From: an uncultured Erysipelotrichaceae bacterium
Lineage (GTDB): Bacteria; Bacillota_I; Bacilli_A; RFN20; CAG-826
Direction: 5' to 3'
Assembly (NCBI GenBank): GCA_902791935.1
Contig: CADAXQ010000003.1
Span: forward strand, 14,585 to 78,584
Length of the DNA stretch: 64,000 nucleotides
Notes under the pieces: model-generated
Databases searched by the model: none
What the model was told of the DNA's origin: nothing
Seen by the model: the letters and a program-made list of their open reading frames with translations, nothing else
Position numbers and translations under genes: made by a program
In this document: positions 9,291 to 17,747 of the stretch, piece by piece
How positions within the stretch are numbered: the stretch's first letter is position 1
Layout of the letters: every line of letters starts with the position of its first letter

Positions 9291-10739
9291 ATGAATACGG
9301 TTTACTTTGTTGTTCTTTTAATCGCCATCGTTTTGGTTGGCGTAGTGGCAGTGCTTGCATTAGTTCTTTCAAAGAAGAAAAGCAACACACCCACCACATC
9401 GCAAGGCATCCCGCCTGAATTACAGCAACAATTGCAGGACGAACATGACCGCCAAATCAAAGAGAATGCCGAACTCAAGATGGCAGTGCAACAATCGGAG
9501 CAAAACATTGCCAATGCATTGCAAGCTTCGATGAATAAACAAATCGATGCCCAAAAACTATCGATCCAAGAACAATTCACTGCGATCGTGAAAAGCAATA
9601 ACCAGCAAATGAGTGACTTCCAAGCCACCATGGCGAAAGCCCAACAAGAACAATCCAAGCAAATTCAAGAAACGATGAACGCTCAAACGAAGGCGGATAC
9701 AGAACGTTTGGTATCCTTTCAAGGCACAATGACGGATAACCTCACCAAAGCCGTTGAGGCATTGACCAAACAAGTGAATGACCGCTTACAAGGCATTGAT
9801 AAGAAAGTCGATGACAGCTTGCAACAGGGTTTCAAAACCACATCTGAAAGCATGGTGAACTTACAAAAAGAGCTTGCCGTCGTCCAAGGAGCGCAAAAGA
9901 ACATTGATGACCTCCAAGGCCAGATTTCAAAATTAAGTGGTATCCTCTCAAATAATCAACAACGGGGGATGTATGGCGAATGGCAATTGGATTTATTGCT
10001 GGCCAATGTGTTTGATGCCTCAAATAAAGGCATTCTTTATGATACGCAATATATCTTGGTCCCGCCGAAGAACGGCAACCCAGGTTTAAAACCTGATGCC
10101 GTCGTTTTCTTGGATGGTAAGTCGCATCAACAAATTCTTTGCATCGATAGCAAATTCTCTCTTATCGGTTATGAGCAACTTTTCCGAGACAATGGTGGCA
10201 CCTTAAGCAAGGAAGATGCAGATAAGGCAAAACGTTCCTTTGCGGAAGCTTTGAAAGCACGAGTGGACGAAACTTCGAAATACGTTATCGACGGCCTTAC
10301 CGCCGCGAGCGCCATTATGTTCATCCCTTCTGACGGAATATTTGCCTATGTCGAAAACGAAATGCGGGAAGTTGTTGAATACGCGGATAAAAAGCACGTT
10401 CAGCTCGTTTGCCCAAGCATTCTTCGCCCATTGCTCGCTTCGTTCCGCATGATTCAGATTGACCAAGCTCGTAGTGAGGAAGCAGGAAAAATCAAGGATG
10501 CTCTTGAGAGGCTTGGCAAAGACTTTGCGCGTTTCTTACCGCGCTGGGAGAAACTGCAGAAGAGCATCGGTCAACTTTCTGCGAATTCAGAAGAGATGGA
10601 AAAGACCGTGAAAAAAATCGATAAAAAATTCAAAGGCATCAATGATGCGGACACAACGACTATTGACACCATTGACGCGGATACCGCGCAAGGCGATACC
10701 CCGCTTCTTAATGATGACTCCTCAAGCAACGAACAATAA
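9291..10739 (+). CDS. rmuC: DNA recombination protein RmuC
   Basis: N-terminal TM, long Q-rich coiled coil, C-terminal RmuC nuclease-like domain. Blocks RGMYGEWQLDLLL, PDAVVFLDGKSHQQILCIDSKF and IMFIPSDGIFAYV match E. coli RmuC. Confidence 0.8.
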   Translation: MNTVYFVVLLIAIVLVGVVAVLALVLSKKKSNTPTTSQGIPPELQQQLQDEHDRQIKENAELKMAVQQSEQNIANALQASMNKQIDAQKLSIQEQFTAIVKSNNQQMSDFQATMAKAQQEQSKQIQETMNAQTKADTERLVSFQGTMTDNLTKAVEALTKQVNDRLQGIDKKVDDSLQQGFKTTSESMVNLQKELAVVQGAQKNIDDLQGQISKLSGILSNNQQRGMYGEWQLDLLLANVFDASNKGILYDTQYILVPPKNGNPGLKPDAVVFLDGKSHQQILCIDSKFSLIGYEQLFRDNGGTLSKEDADKAKRSFAEALKARVDETSKYVIDGLTAASAIMFIPSDGIFAYVENEMREVVEYADKKHVQLVCPSILRPLLASFRMIQIDQARSEEAGKIKDALERLGKDFARFLPRWEKLQKSIGQLSANSEEMEKTVKKIDKKFKGINDADTTTIDTIDADTAQGDTPLLNDDSSSNEQ

Positions 10740-10818
10740 TATCTTTTTTGGAAGAGAAGATGCCCATAAGTTTTTCCGTGCCTTTTAACCCATTAGGGGT
10801 TAAATTATAATCAGTATT

Positions 10819-12876
10819 ATGACCCGCTCCTTAAAGAAATTTCGTAACGTTTGCTTCATTGTATTCTTGATTGAATTATTGGCCATCGGTACGGCCATCA
10901 TTTTCTGGGCATACAATTTTTGGGACCTACGTGACGTCCCCCACATCATGGAGTATGTCTTTATCGGCGTCGCGGTTTTTGTGATCGCGGACGCTTTGCT
11001 CGTTTGGTTTGGCATCTTAAATCTCAAAAAGAAACGGCAATCGAACGATATGGAAGTCGCGAACTTAATCGGGAACGACATTCAATCCGCGTATAACTTT
11101 GACCAAATTGGATTGCTCGTCATCGACAACGACAACGTCGTCATCTGGGCGAATAACCTCTTCAAAGAACGGCAATTAGATGTCGTTGATATGAACGTCT
11201 TCGTCTTCTTGCCTGGCTTACAAGAATTGGTGAACGCCAAAAGCACAAAGTCCGTCAAAGTCGAAATGAAAGGGCGGATGTATGAAGTCCATTTCTTAAG
11301 CGAACCTCGTATGTTTGTCTTCAAAGACATCACCGAGTATGAAAACCAAGTCACCTATACGAAAGAACAAGCAGTTGCGTTAGGAATTATCACGATTGAT
11401 AACTATAACGATGTGGCATCCGATACGGATGCCGTCGCCGACACGGTCATGAATGTCCGCGCCGTGATTCGTGATTATTGCCGACAATACAAAGTCTTGT
11501 TAACCCAAGTGAAGCAGGACCGGTATTTTGCCGTGTGTAACTTTACGGCATTAGATGCCATGGAGAAAGATCAATTCTCCCTCATGAGCAAAGTTCGTAG
11601 TGTCCAAGAAAACGAAGATATCCCCTTAACGTTATCCATCGGCTTTGCCCACGATTTCCCGGATGTTGGCAAACTTTATGAAATGGCGGAAGGGGCGCTC
11701 GATACCGCTTTATCCCGTGGTGGCGACCAAACCGTCGTATCGCGATACGGCCATGACTTATTGTTTTTTGGCGGCAAATCCACCGCCGTGGAAGACACGT
11801 CCAAAGTCAAATTACGGAGCTTAGTTGGCTCATTAGCCAAATTAATCCGTGATTCGAGCGGCGTCTTTGTCATGGGCCACACCGAAATGGATATGGATGC
11901 CTTAGGCAGTTGCTTAGGCATCATGGCCATCTGTGACTGGTGTGAAAAGCCCGTTAAGATGGTTTACACCCCGAAACGAACTGAGAAGAAGGCTCGTTCT
12001 GCGTTCCAAAGCGCCTTCCCGAAAGACGTGTTGGAATCGATGTCCATCACCCCGGAACAAGCGGTATCGCAAATCCGTGAATCTTCGTTGGTTGTTGTCG
12101 TCGACGTATCGGTGCCACAAAACGTCATGGCACCGCGCTTACTCGATTTAGCCCGCAAGATCGTCGTGATCGATCACCATCGGAAAGGTGATTCCTTCAT
12201 TGAACGCCCCGTCTTGAACTATATCGATCCCAGTGCGGCTAGCTGCTCTGAGTTAATTACCGAAATGATTTATTATGCGGCAGCAAACCCCCGTATTTCC
12301 TTAAAGTCATCCTATGCCACCATCATGCTTTCTGGCATCTTTATGGATTCGAATTTCTTTAAGAGCAATCAAGTGGGTAAGCGTACCTTTGAAGCGGCCG
12401 AAATCTTAAAAGAATATGGCGCGGATAACGCCTTAGCCGATGAATACTTAAAAGACGAATACGAAGAATTTGCCTTAACGAACAAGATTCTAAACACCAT
12501 GAAGACCCCCGCCTATGGCGTGGTCTATTGCGTTTGTGACGACAATGACATCGTGGAACGCAGCACTTTAGCAAAGGTGGCAAACCAATTGATGCAATTA
12601 AAGGATGTCCATGCTTCCTTCGTCATCGGGCGAATTGCCGATAAGCAACTATTCATTTCGGCACGAAGCGATGGCAGCATCTCCGTACAACTCTTAATGG
12701 AAAAATTAGGTGGTGGTGGCCATCTACAAATGGCAGCCTCGGCATTCCCCAATCCTAAAGTGGCAACGAACGCCACTCATGTTATGGATGTCGAAGAATT
12801 ATTAAAACAATGCTTGAATGATTATCTTGATGAGTCGAAAGTTACTGTGAATATTGGAGGAGGAAGCAATTCATGA
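10819..12876 (+). CDS. gdpP: cyclic-di-AMP phosphodiesterase GdpP (2TM-PAS-degenerate GGDEF-DHH/DHHA1)
   Basis: Two N-terminal TMs, a degenerate GGDEF region (LSRGGDQTV), the DHH motif VIDHHRKG and DHHA1 GGGGH. Conserved synteny directly upstream of rplI-dnaB. Confidence 0.85.
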   Translation: MTRSLKKFRNVCFIVFLIELLAIGTAIIFWAYNFWDLRDVPHIMEYVFIGVAVFVIADALLVWFGILNLKKKRQSNDMEVANLIGNDIQSAYNFDQIGLLVIDNDNVVIWANNLFKERQLDVVDMNVFVFLPGLQELVNAKSTKSVKVEMKGRMYEVHFLSEPRMFVFKDITEYENQVTYTKEQAVALGIITIDNYNDVASDTDAVADTVMNVRAVIRDYCRQYKVLLTQVKQDRYFAVCNFTALDAMEKDQFSLMSKVRSVQENEDIPLTLSIGFAHDFPDVGKLYEMAEGALDTALSRGGDQTVVSRYGHDLLFFGGKSTAVEDTSKVKLRSLVGSLAKLIRDSSGVFVMGHTEMDMDALGSCLGIMAICDWCEKPVKMVYTPKRTEKKARSAFQSAFPKDVLESMSITPEQAVSQIRESSLVVVVDVSVPQNVMAPRLLDLARKIVVIDHHRKGDSFIERPVLNYIDPSAASCSELITEMIYYAAANPRISLKSSYATIMLSGIFMDSNFFKSNQVGKRTFEAAEILKEYGADNALADEYLKDEYEEFALTNKILNTMKTPAYGVVYCVCDDNDIVERSTLAKVANQLMQLKDVHASFVIGRIADKQLFISARSDGSISVQLLMEKLGGGGHLQMAASAFPNPKVATNATHVMDVEELLKQCLNDYLDESKVTVNIGGGSNS

Positions 12877-13334
12877 AAATTATCTTATTAGCCGACGTTC
12901 GTGGTGTCGGTAAAAAAGGCCAAACGGTCGATGCGAAAGACGGCTATGCGAAGAACTATTTGATTCCTCGCGGATTGGCTGTGATTTCTACGGATACGAG
13001 CCAACGAATCTTAGCCAAGAACAATGCCGAAGATGCCGCAAAACAAGCGGAACTCAAGAAAGAAGCCGAAGAACTTGCTACGCGCTTAGAACACATCAAC
13101 GTGGAATTCAAAGCCAAAGTGGGCAGCGATGGCCGGATGTTTGGTGCCATCTCTCCTAAACAAATCGAAGAAGGCTTAAAAGAACAATGGGGCATTACCA
13201 TCGATAAACGGAAGTTCATCGATAAGTACCCTGCCAACGCGATTGGCTATACGCGTCTTCGGATTGAACTCTATAAAGGTTCAGCCGGAGAAGTCATTGG
13301 CACCGTCAACGTGCATATCTCTGAAGAAAAGTAA
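12873..13334 (+). CDS. rplI: 50S ribosomal protein L9
   Basis: MKIILLADVRGVGKKGQTVDAKDGYAKNYLIPRGLAV. GGAGGAGG RBS. 4-nt overlap with gdpP. Confidence 0.95.
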   Translation: MKIILLADVRGVGKKGQTVDAKDGYAKNYLIPRGLAVISTDTSQRILAKNNAEDAAKQAELKKEAEELATRLEHINVEFKAKVGSDGRMFGAISPKQIEEGLKEQWGITIDKRKFIDKYPANAIGYTRLRIELYKGSAGEVIGTVNVHISEEK

Positions 13335-13336
13335 CC

Positions 13337-14842
13337 ATGCCTGCCAAGAAAGTATCTCTTCCCTCTAACGTTGAAGCGGAGCGTTCCGTGCTTGGGGCGA
13401 TGATGATGTCGCCCGATGCCGCGAGCGTGGCCCTTTCCCAATTGACGGAAAATAGTTTTTCGGGCGCCGACGCACGGAACCAAGTGGTTTATCGTGCCAT
13501 GCTTGCTTTGGCAGCACATCAAAACCCGATTGATCCTCAAACCGTGAACAACGAATTGGTGAACTTGCATCTTCTGGAAGCGGCAGGCGGAACCGAATAC
13601 TTAATGGAGTTGATTAACTCGAACATCAATCCCAATAACGTTGATCACTATATCCGCATGGTCAAAGACCAAGCAGTCTTACGGGAATATTTGCTTGGCT
13701 TACAACAAGTCCAAACGGACTACGCGGATGGAAAAGTGGCGGATGTCGGCGATTTTATTGCGCGTTCGCAACAAACTTTAACCGCTATCGCCAATCGTCG
13801 TTCGGTCGGGGAATTCCGTCGGGCTGGTGAAGTAGCGATTGAAGTGCAACGCCAAATCGAACAAGAATCAAAACGCACCAATAAGAACTTAACCGGCGTC
13901 GATACGGGTTATCGGAAACTCAACACATATACCCATGGCTGGCAACCAGGCGATTTAATCGTCTTAGCGGCCCGTCCTTCTGTCGGGAAAACCGCGTTCG
14001 CGTTGAATTTAGCCTTGCACGCGACGGAATATCAAGGAAAGCCCGTTGCCATCTTCTCGGGCGAAATGTCGAGCGCTTTGATTATGAAACGTATGTTGTC
14101 GGCCGTCTCACACGTCTCGGTTGAGCAATTAACCACCGGTTCCTTAGGAGAACGAGAACTCAAGAAAGTCGCGATTGCTGTCGACGATATGCAACGGATG
14201 AATCTCTTTATTGATGATCGGCCTAATCCTCGGCTAGGCGATATTGTGGCAAAGACCACAAAATTAAAGAATAATTATCCGGATCTTTGTGCCGTCTTTA
14301 TTGACTATATCAATATCATTCGAACCGAAGAAAGTTTTGATTCTAGAAGCTTAGAGGTCGCCTTAATCACCTCAACTTTAAAAGAAATGGCCCGTAATTT
14401 ACATGTGCCGGTCATCGCGCTTTCCCAGATTAACCGTAAAGCGGATGAAAACGAAAACGGGGAGCCATCTCTTTCGAACTTAAAGGATTCCGGCTCTATC
14501 GAACAGGACGCCGACATCGTCATGTTGATGTACCGGAAAGACTACTATAACAATCAAGGGAAGAAGAAGCAGTTCCGCCCTGGTGGAGCGGAAGGGCAAG
14601 CACAAGCGCAATCCTATGAGGACAAGATCCAAGCGTCTATCGATGCGCAAAAAGCCAAAGGAAAAGACAATAACATTTCGCTTACAACGATTTCTGTCGC
14701 TAAGAACCGGAATGGTCAAACCGGTAAGATTTCTTTGCTGTTCTCGCGGGATATCCAGCGTTTTGATGATGTTTCCACCGAGTTTGAAAATCAGGTGGCA
14801 GCTGCGAATGGCCAAGGGCCTTCCCCTGACGACGAATTATGA
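13337..14842 (+). CDS. dnaB: replicative DNA helicase (DnaB family; DnaC in Bacillus nomenclature)
   Basis: N-terminal DnaB domain (VEAERSVLGAMMMSPDA), Walker A GARPSVGKTAFALN, RecA-like core. Carries an extra ~35-aa Lys/Gln/Ala-rich insertion and an acidic C-terminal extension. Confidence 0.95.
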   Translation: MPAKKVSLPSNVEAERSVLGAMMMSPDAASVALSQLTENSFSGADARNQVVYRAMLALAAHQNPIDPQTVNNELVNLHLLEAAGGTEYLMELINSNINPNNVDHYIRMVKDQAVLREYLLGLQQVQTDYADGKVADVGDFIARSQQTLTAIANRRSVGEFRRAGEVAIEVQRQIEQESKRTNKNLTGVDTGYRKLNTYTHGWQPGDLIVLAARPSVGKTAFALNLALHATEYQGKPVAIFSGEMSSALIMKRMLSAVSHVSVEQLTTGSLGERELKKVAIAVDDMQRMNLFIDDRPNPRLGDIVAKTTKLKNNYPDLCAVFIDYINIIRTEESFDSRSLEVALITSTLKEMARNLHVPVIALSQINRKADENENGEPSLSNLKDSGSIEQDADIVMLMYRKDYYNNQGKKKQFRPGGAEGQAQAQSYEDKIQASIDAQKAKGKDNNISLTTISVAKNRNGQTGKISLLFSRDIQRFDDVSTEFENQVAAANGQGPSPDDEL

Positions 14843-15597
14843 TCCGTTACGACATCGTAGAATCAGGGTCGAAAGGGAATGCGACCCTTCTTTCTTCTGA
14901 GAACACATTAATTCAGATTGATATGGGCGTTCCCTTAGCAAACCTGAAGCAAGGATTGTCTCATCTTCACGCCTCCTTAGATCAAGTGAAAGCATTACTC
15001 ATTACCCATGAGCACTCAGACCATATCAAAGGGCTGTCTTTAAAAACCTACAAAGAAGCAAAAATCCCCCTTTATTGCACCGAAGGAACTTTGCCTCATC
15101 CCGATGGTTTGTTAGTACCAGATGAAGGGCTTTTCATAGGGGATTTTTCGATTTTTCCTTTTTCTACCTCTCATGATGCCGCGAATCCCGTCGGCTTTGT
15201 TTTCCGACAAGGAAACGAGAAATTGGTCTATTTAACCGACAGCGGAATCGTGCCAGATACTGCGCTTCCGTATTTGGGGGACGCCGACTATTACATTGTG
15301 GAATCGAATCACGATGTGGATAAGTTATTGAAGTCAGACCGTCCTTTATTGTTAAAACAAAGAATTCGTTCGGACCATGGTCATTTATCAAACGATCAGT
15401 CTGCCGAGGCATTTGTATCTTTGGTAGGCCCACATACAAAGTCCATTACCTTGGCTCATTTAAGTGAGGAATGCAATACGCCCGATTTAGCCATTCATAC
15501 CTGGGAGACCATCTTCCAAGAACATGGTTTGGATGTGCATCAATATCACTTGCAATGTGCTTCCCAACATCAAGATTTATTAGGAGGCGACTTATGA
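14839..15597 (+). CDS. yycJ: MBL-fold metallo-hydrolase, YycJ/WalJ-like
   Basis: VESGSKGNATLL and THEHSDHIKG (HxHxDH) match B. subtilis YycJ. 4-nt overlap with dnaB. Confidence 0.7.
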   Translation: MIRYDIVESGSKGNATLLSSENTLIQIDMGVPLANLKQGLSHLHASLDQVKALLITHEHSDHIKGLSLKTYKEAKIPLYCTEGTLPHPDGLLVPDEGLFIGDFSIFPFSTSHDAANPVGFVFRQGNEKLVYLTDSGIVPDTALPYLGDADYYIVESNHDVDKLLKSDRPLLLKQRIRSDHGHLSNDQSAEAFVSLVGPHTKSITLAHLSEECNTPDLAIHTWETIFQEHGLDVHQYHLQCASQHQDLLGGDL

Positions 15598-16073
15598 AGA
15601 TTCGTTTCTTAGTCGTCGGGAAATTAAAGGAATCGTATTGGAAGGCTGCCGAAGCAGAATATCGGAAACGGTTGGCTCCCTACGCCCAGACAGAAGTGGT
15701 GGAACTTACGGATTATCCAACGCCAGAACATGCCTCTTTCAAAGAAGAGGAAGAAATCAAACGCAAAGAAGGACAGGAGATTTTATCCAAGCTGAAGCCA
15801 AATGACTTTTGTATCCTTCTCGATCTGGGGCAAAAACAACCGGATTCGTTGGAGATGGCAGTTTATTTGGAAAAATGGATGAGACAAAGCGGTGCTTCTT
15901 TGACGTTCGTCATTGGAGGATCGTTAGGGCTCTCCGAAGAAGTCAGGCAACGTGGCAATGCCGTTTTGACGTTATCCCATTTGACCCTCACCCATCAAAT
16001 GACACGAGTGTTCTTATGGGAGATTCTTTATCGCTCCTTTAAAATTGCCCATCATGAGCCCTATCATAAATAA
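15594..16073 (+). CDS. rlmH: 23S rRNA (pseudouridine1915-N3)-methyltransferase RlmH
   Basis: Start moved to ATG 15594 (MKIRFLVVGKLKESYW...), which has an AGGAGG RBS and an ATGA overlap with yycJ. 159 aa of the SPOUT/YbeA family. Confidence 0.85.
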   Translation: MKIRFLVVGKLKESYWKAAEAEYRKRLAPYAQTEVVELTDYPTPEHASFKEEEEIKRKEGQEILSKLKPNDFCILLDLGQKQPDSLEMAVYLEKWMRQSGASLTFVIGGSLGLSEEVRQRGNAVLTLSHLTLTHQMTRVFLWEILYRSFKIAHHEPYHK

Positions 16074-16082
16074 GGAAGGTCA

Positions 16083-16427
16083 TTGATTATGGAGTATCCA
16101 GAATTTCAACAATATATCCCGTTTGTAGACCCCACGAACCCATTTTGTAACGCCTACAAAACCAAAGAAGGGCACGTCTTTTATGTCGAACCGGGTTTCT
16201 ACGAAGGCATGAAAGGATACGAAGAAAAACGGGCCGAACGTTATCAAGACTTATTGAACGGCATCTATGATGTCATCGCGAAGAACGAGAAAGTCATCTT
16301 CACCTGGAATTTTGATTCTCCTTTTGTGGAGAAAGAGGGATTCATCTATCGAGAAATTTCTGATATTGCCGATCCCTTACAGATTTTTGTGGAAGACAAA
16401 AGCCGCGGCAGCGATTACGGAGACTAA
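16083..16427 (+). CDS. hypothetical protein (114 aa)
   Basis: Intact ORF translationally coupled (TAA-ATG) to the downstream dehydrogenase-like gene. No recognisable motifs. Confidence 0.45.
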   Translation: MIMEYPEFQQYIPFVDPTNPFCNAYKTKEGHVFYVEPGFYEGMKGYEEKRAERYQDLLNGIYDVIAKNEKVIFTWNFDSPFVEKEGFIYREISDIADPLQIFVEDKSRGSDYGD

Positions 16428-17666
16428 ATGAAACTTGGAATCTTTGGCCTTGGTATCACGGGCTTAGTCAATTACGCCACGTATTGGAATCATCGCGATT
16501 CTGTCGTGGCTTATGAGAATAACCCCGAAAAGGTAGAGGCAATATCCCGTCATCCCAATTCCACTTGGGAAGCTTCATTACGGAAGATACTTTCCAAGAC
16601 AAAATCGCATAAAACTTTAACGGGAAAAGCAGAAGATTTAGCAGGCACGAATGTATTCTTTTTTTGTGAAGAACCCATTTATTCCTCGGATGGTTCTCTT
16701 GTCATGAACCAATTAGAAGAAGATATCGCCACGGCAATACAATATCGGGCAAAAGAAGAAGTCTATTTCGTGCTTAGAACTTTGCTCCCCCTTGGCTATA
16801 CCGCTTCTTTGCGCGCCAAACTTCCCACGGACATTCATCTTGTTGTAGAGCCTTCGTTTCTTTCGGACTTACCCTATGCCGAAGAAACGAATCCGGATCG
16901 GATTGTTCTTGGCGTGAGCCAATCAGAAGACGCCGCCTTTATCACATCATTACGGAAACGAGAAATTCAAAACCATGGCATTCCTGTCTACGAAATGGAC
17001 TATGCCTCAGCAGAATTGCTGCCCTACGTTTCTTTGACGTTCTTACGGGCCAAGCAAAACTATGCGAATGCCGTTGCGACGCTTTGCGAACGTTATGGGG
17101 CGGACGCTTCAAAAGTATTGCCCTCATTAGGAAGCGATCACCGGATTGGCCGTTCTTTGTTACGCATGAGTCCGGGCTATGGTGCGGATAACACCAATCG
17201 CGCTTTAATGGCGCTCCAAAATGAATTTGAACCGGCATCTGCCATATGCAAAACCAATCAAAGCCGTATTGATACTTTCTTAGTACGTATTCATGATTCT
17301 TTAGGTAGCCTTCAAGGCAAGACCGTCGCGATTGCCGGTTGGCCTGCCATGGATGGAGATCCCAAAGCTGCCGTTTCATGGAATTATGCAAAACGACTGC
17401 TCCAAGAAGGCGCCAAGGTGATTGTTTACGAACCGAAAGAAACACGCGTTGAAGATACTTCTTTATCCGTTACCTGGGCAGAGACTTTCCGTGATGCCTT
17501 AGCCTCGGCGGATGCTTTACTTATTCTTGCCCCAGAAGATTGTTTTAAGCAACTGCCAGAAGAACGCCTTTTGTTGGCGATGCCTGGCCGTTGGATTTTT
17601 GATGGTTGTGACCTTTATGACGCCCGTTACTTCCATGAATTCCATTACGTTGCCGCAGGGCATTGA
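16428..17666 (+). CDS. UDP-glucose/GDP-mannose dehydrogenase family protein, probably catalytically inactive
   Basis: Rossmann GLGITG at the N-terminus. The central block GADASKVLPSLGSDHRIGRSLLRMSPGYGADNTNRAL aligns to the UGDH GxDxxxVxxxxxxDxRIGxxFLxxGxGYGGxCxPKD region, with Asn in place of the catalytic Cys. The C-terminal block GKTVAIAGWPAMDGDPKA...IVYEP matches the UDP-binding domain. Confidence 0.6.
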   Translation: MKLGIFGLGITGLVNYATYWNHRDSVVAYENNPEKVEAISRHPNSTWEASLRKILSKTKSHKTLTGKAEDLAGTNVFFFCEEPIYSSDGSLVMNQLEEDIATAIQYRAKEEVYFVLRTLLPLGYTASLRAKLPTDIHLVVEPSFLSDLPYAEETNPDRIVLGVSQSEDAAFITSLRKREIQNHGIPVYEMDYASAELLPYVSLTFLRAKQNYANAVATLCERYGADASKVLPSLGSDHRIGRSLLRMSPGYGADNTNRALMALQNEFEPASAICKTNQSRIDTFLVRIHDSLGSLQGKTVAIAGWPAMDGDPKAAVSWNYAKRLLQEGAKVIVYEPKETRVEDTSLSVTWAETFRDALASADALLILAPEDCFKQLPEERLLLAMPGRWIFDGCDLYDARYFHEFHYVAAGH

Positions 17667-17747
17667 GAGGTATCATTATTTACCTTCTTTTAAAATATGT
17701 TACCCGATGATATAGAAGTTTTTCGGGAAAGCGCATAAGATTAAAAC

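Noticed and set aside
10760-10818. Possible leaderless promoter for gdpP (TATAAT 7 nt before the ATG, with a TTAACCC/GGGTTAA hairpin)
   Set aside because: The -35 match is poor (TTTTAA), and the hairpin could be the rmuC terminator instead. Cannot be decided from sequence.
15471-15593. Long N-terminal extension of rlmH (MQYARF...)
   Set aside because: It lies inside yycJ in another frame. The conserved RlmH N-terminus begins at MKIRFLVVGK (15594) with an AGGAGG RBS.
16942-17445. 167-aa minus-strand ORF
   Set aside because: Antisense to the UGDH-like gene. No RBS or homology.
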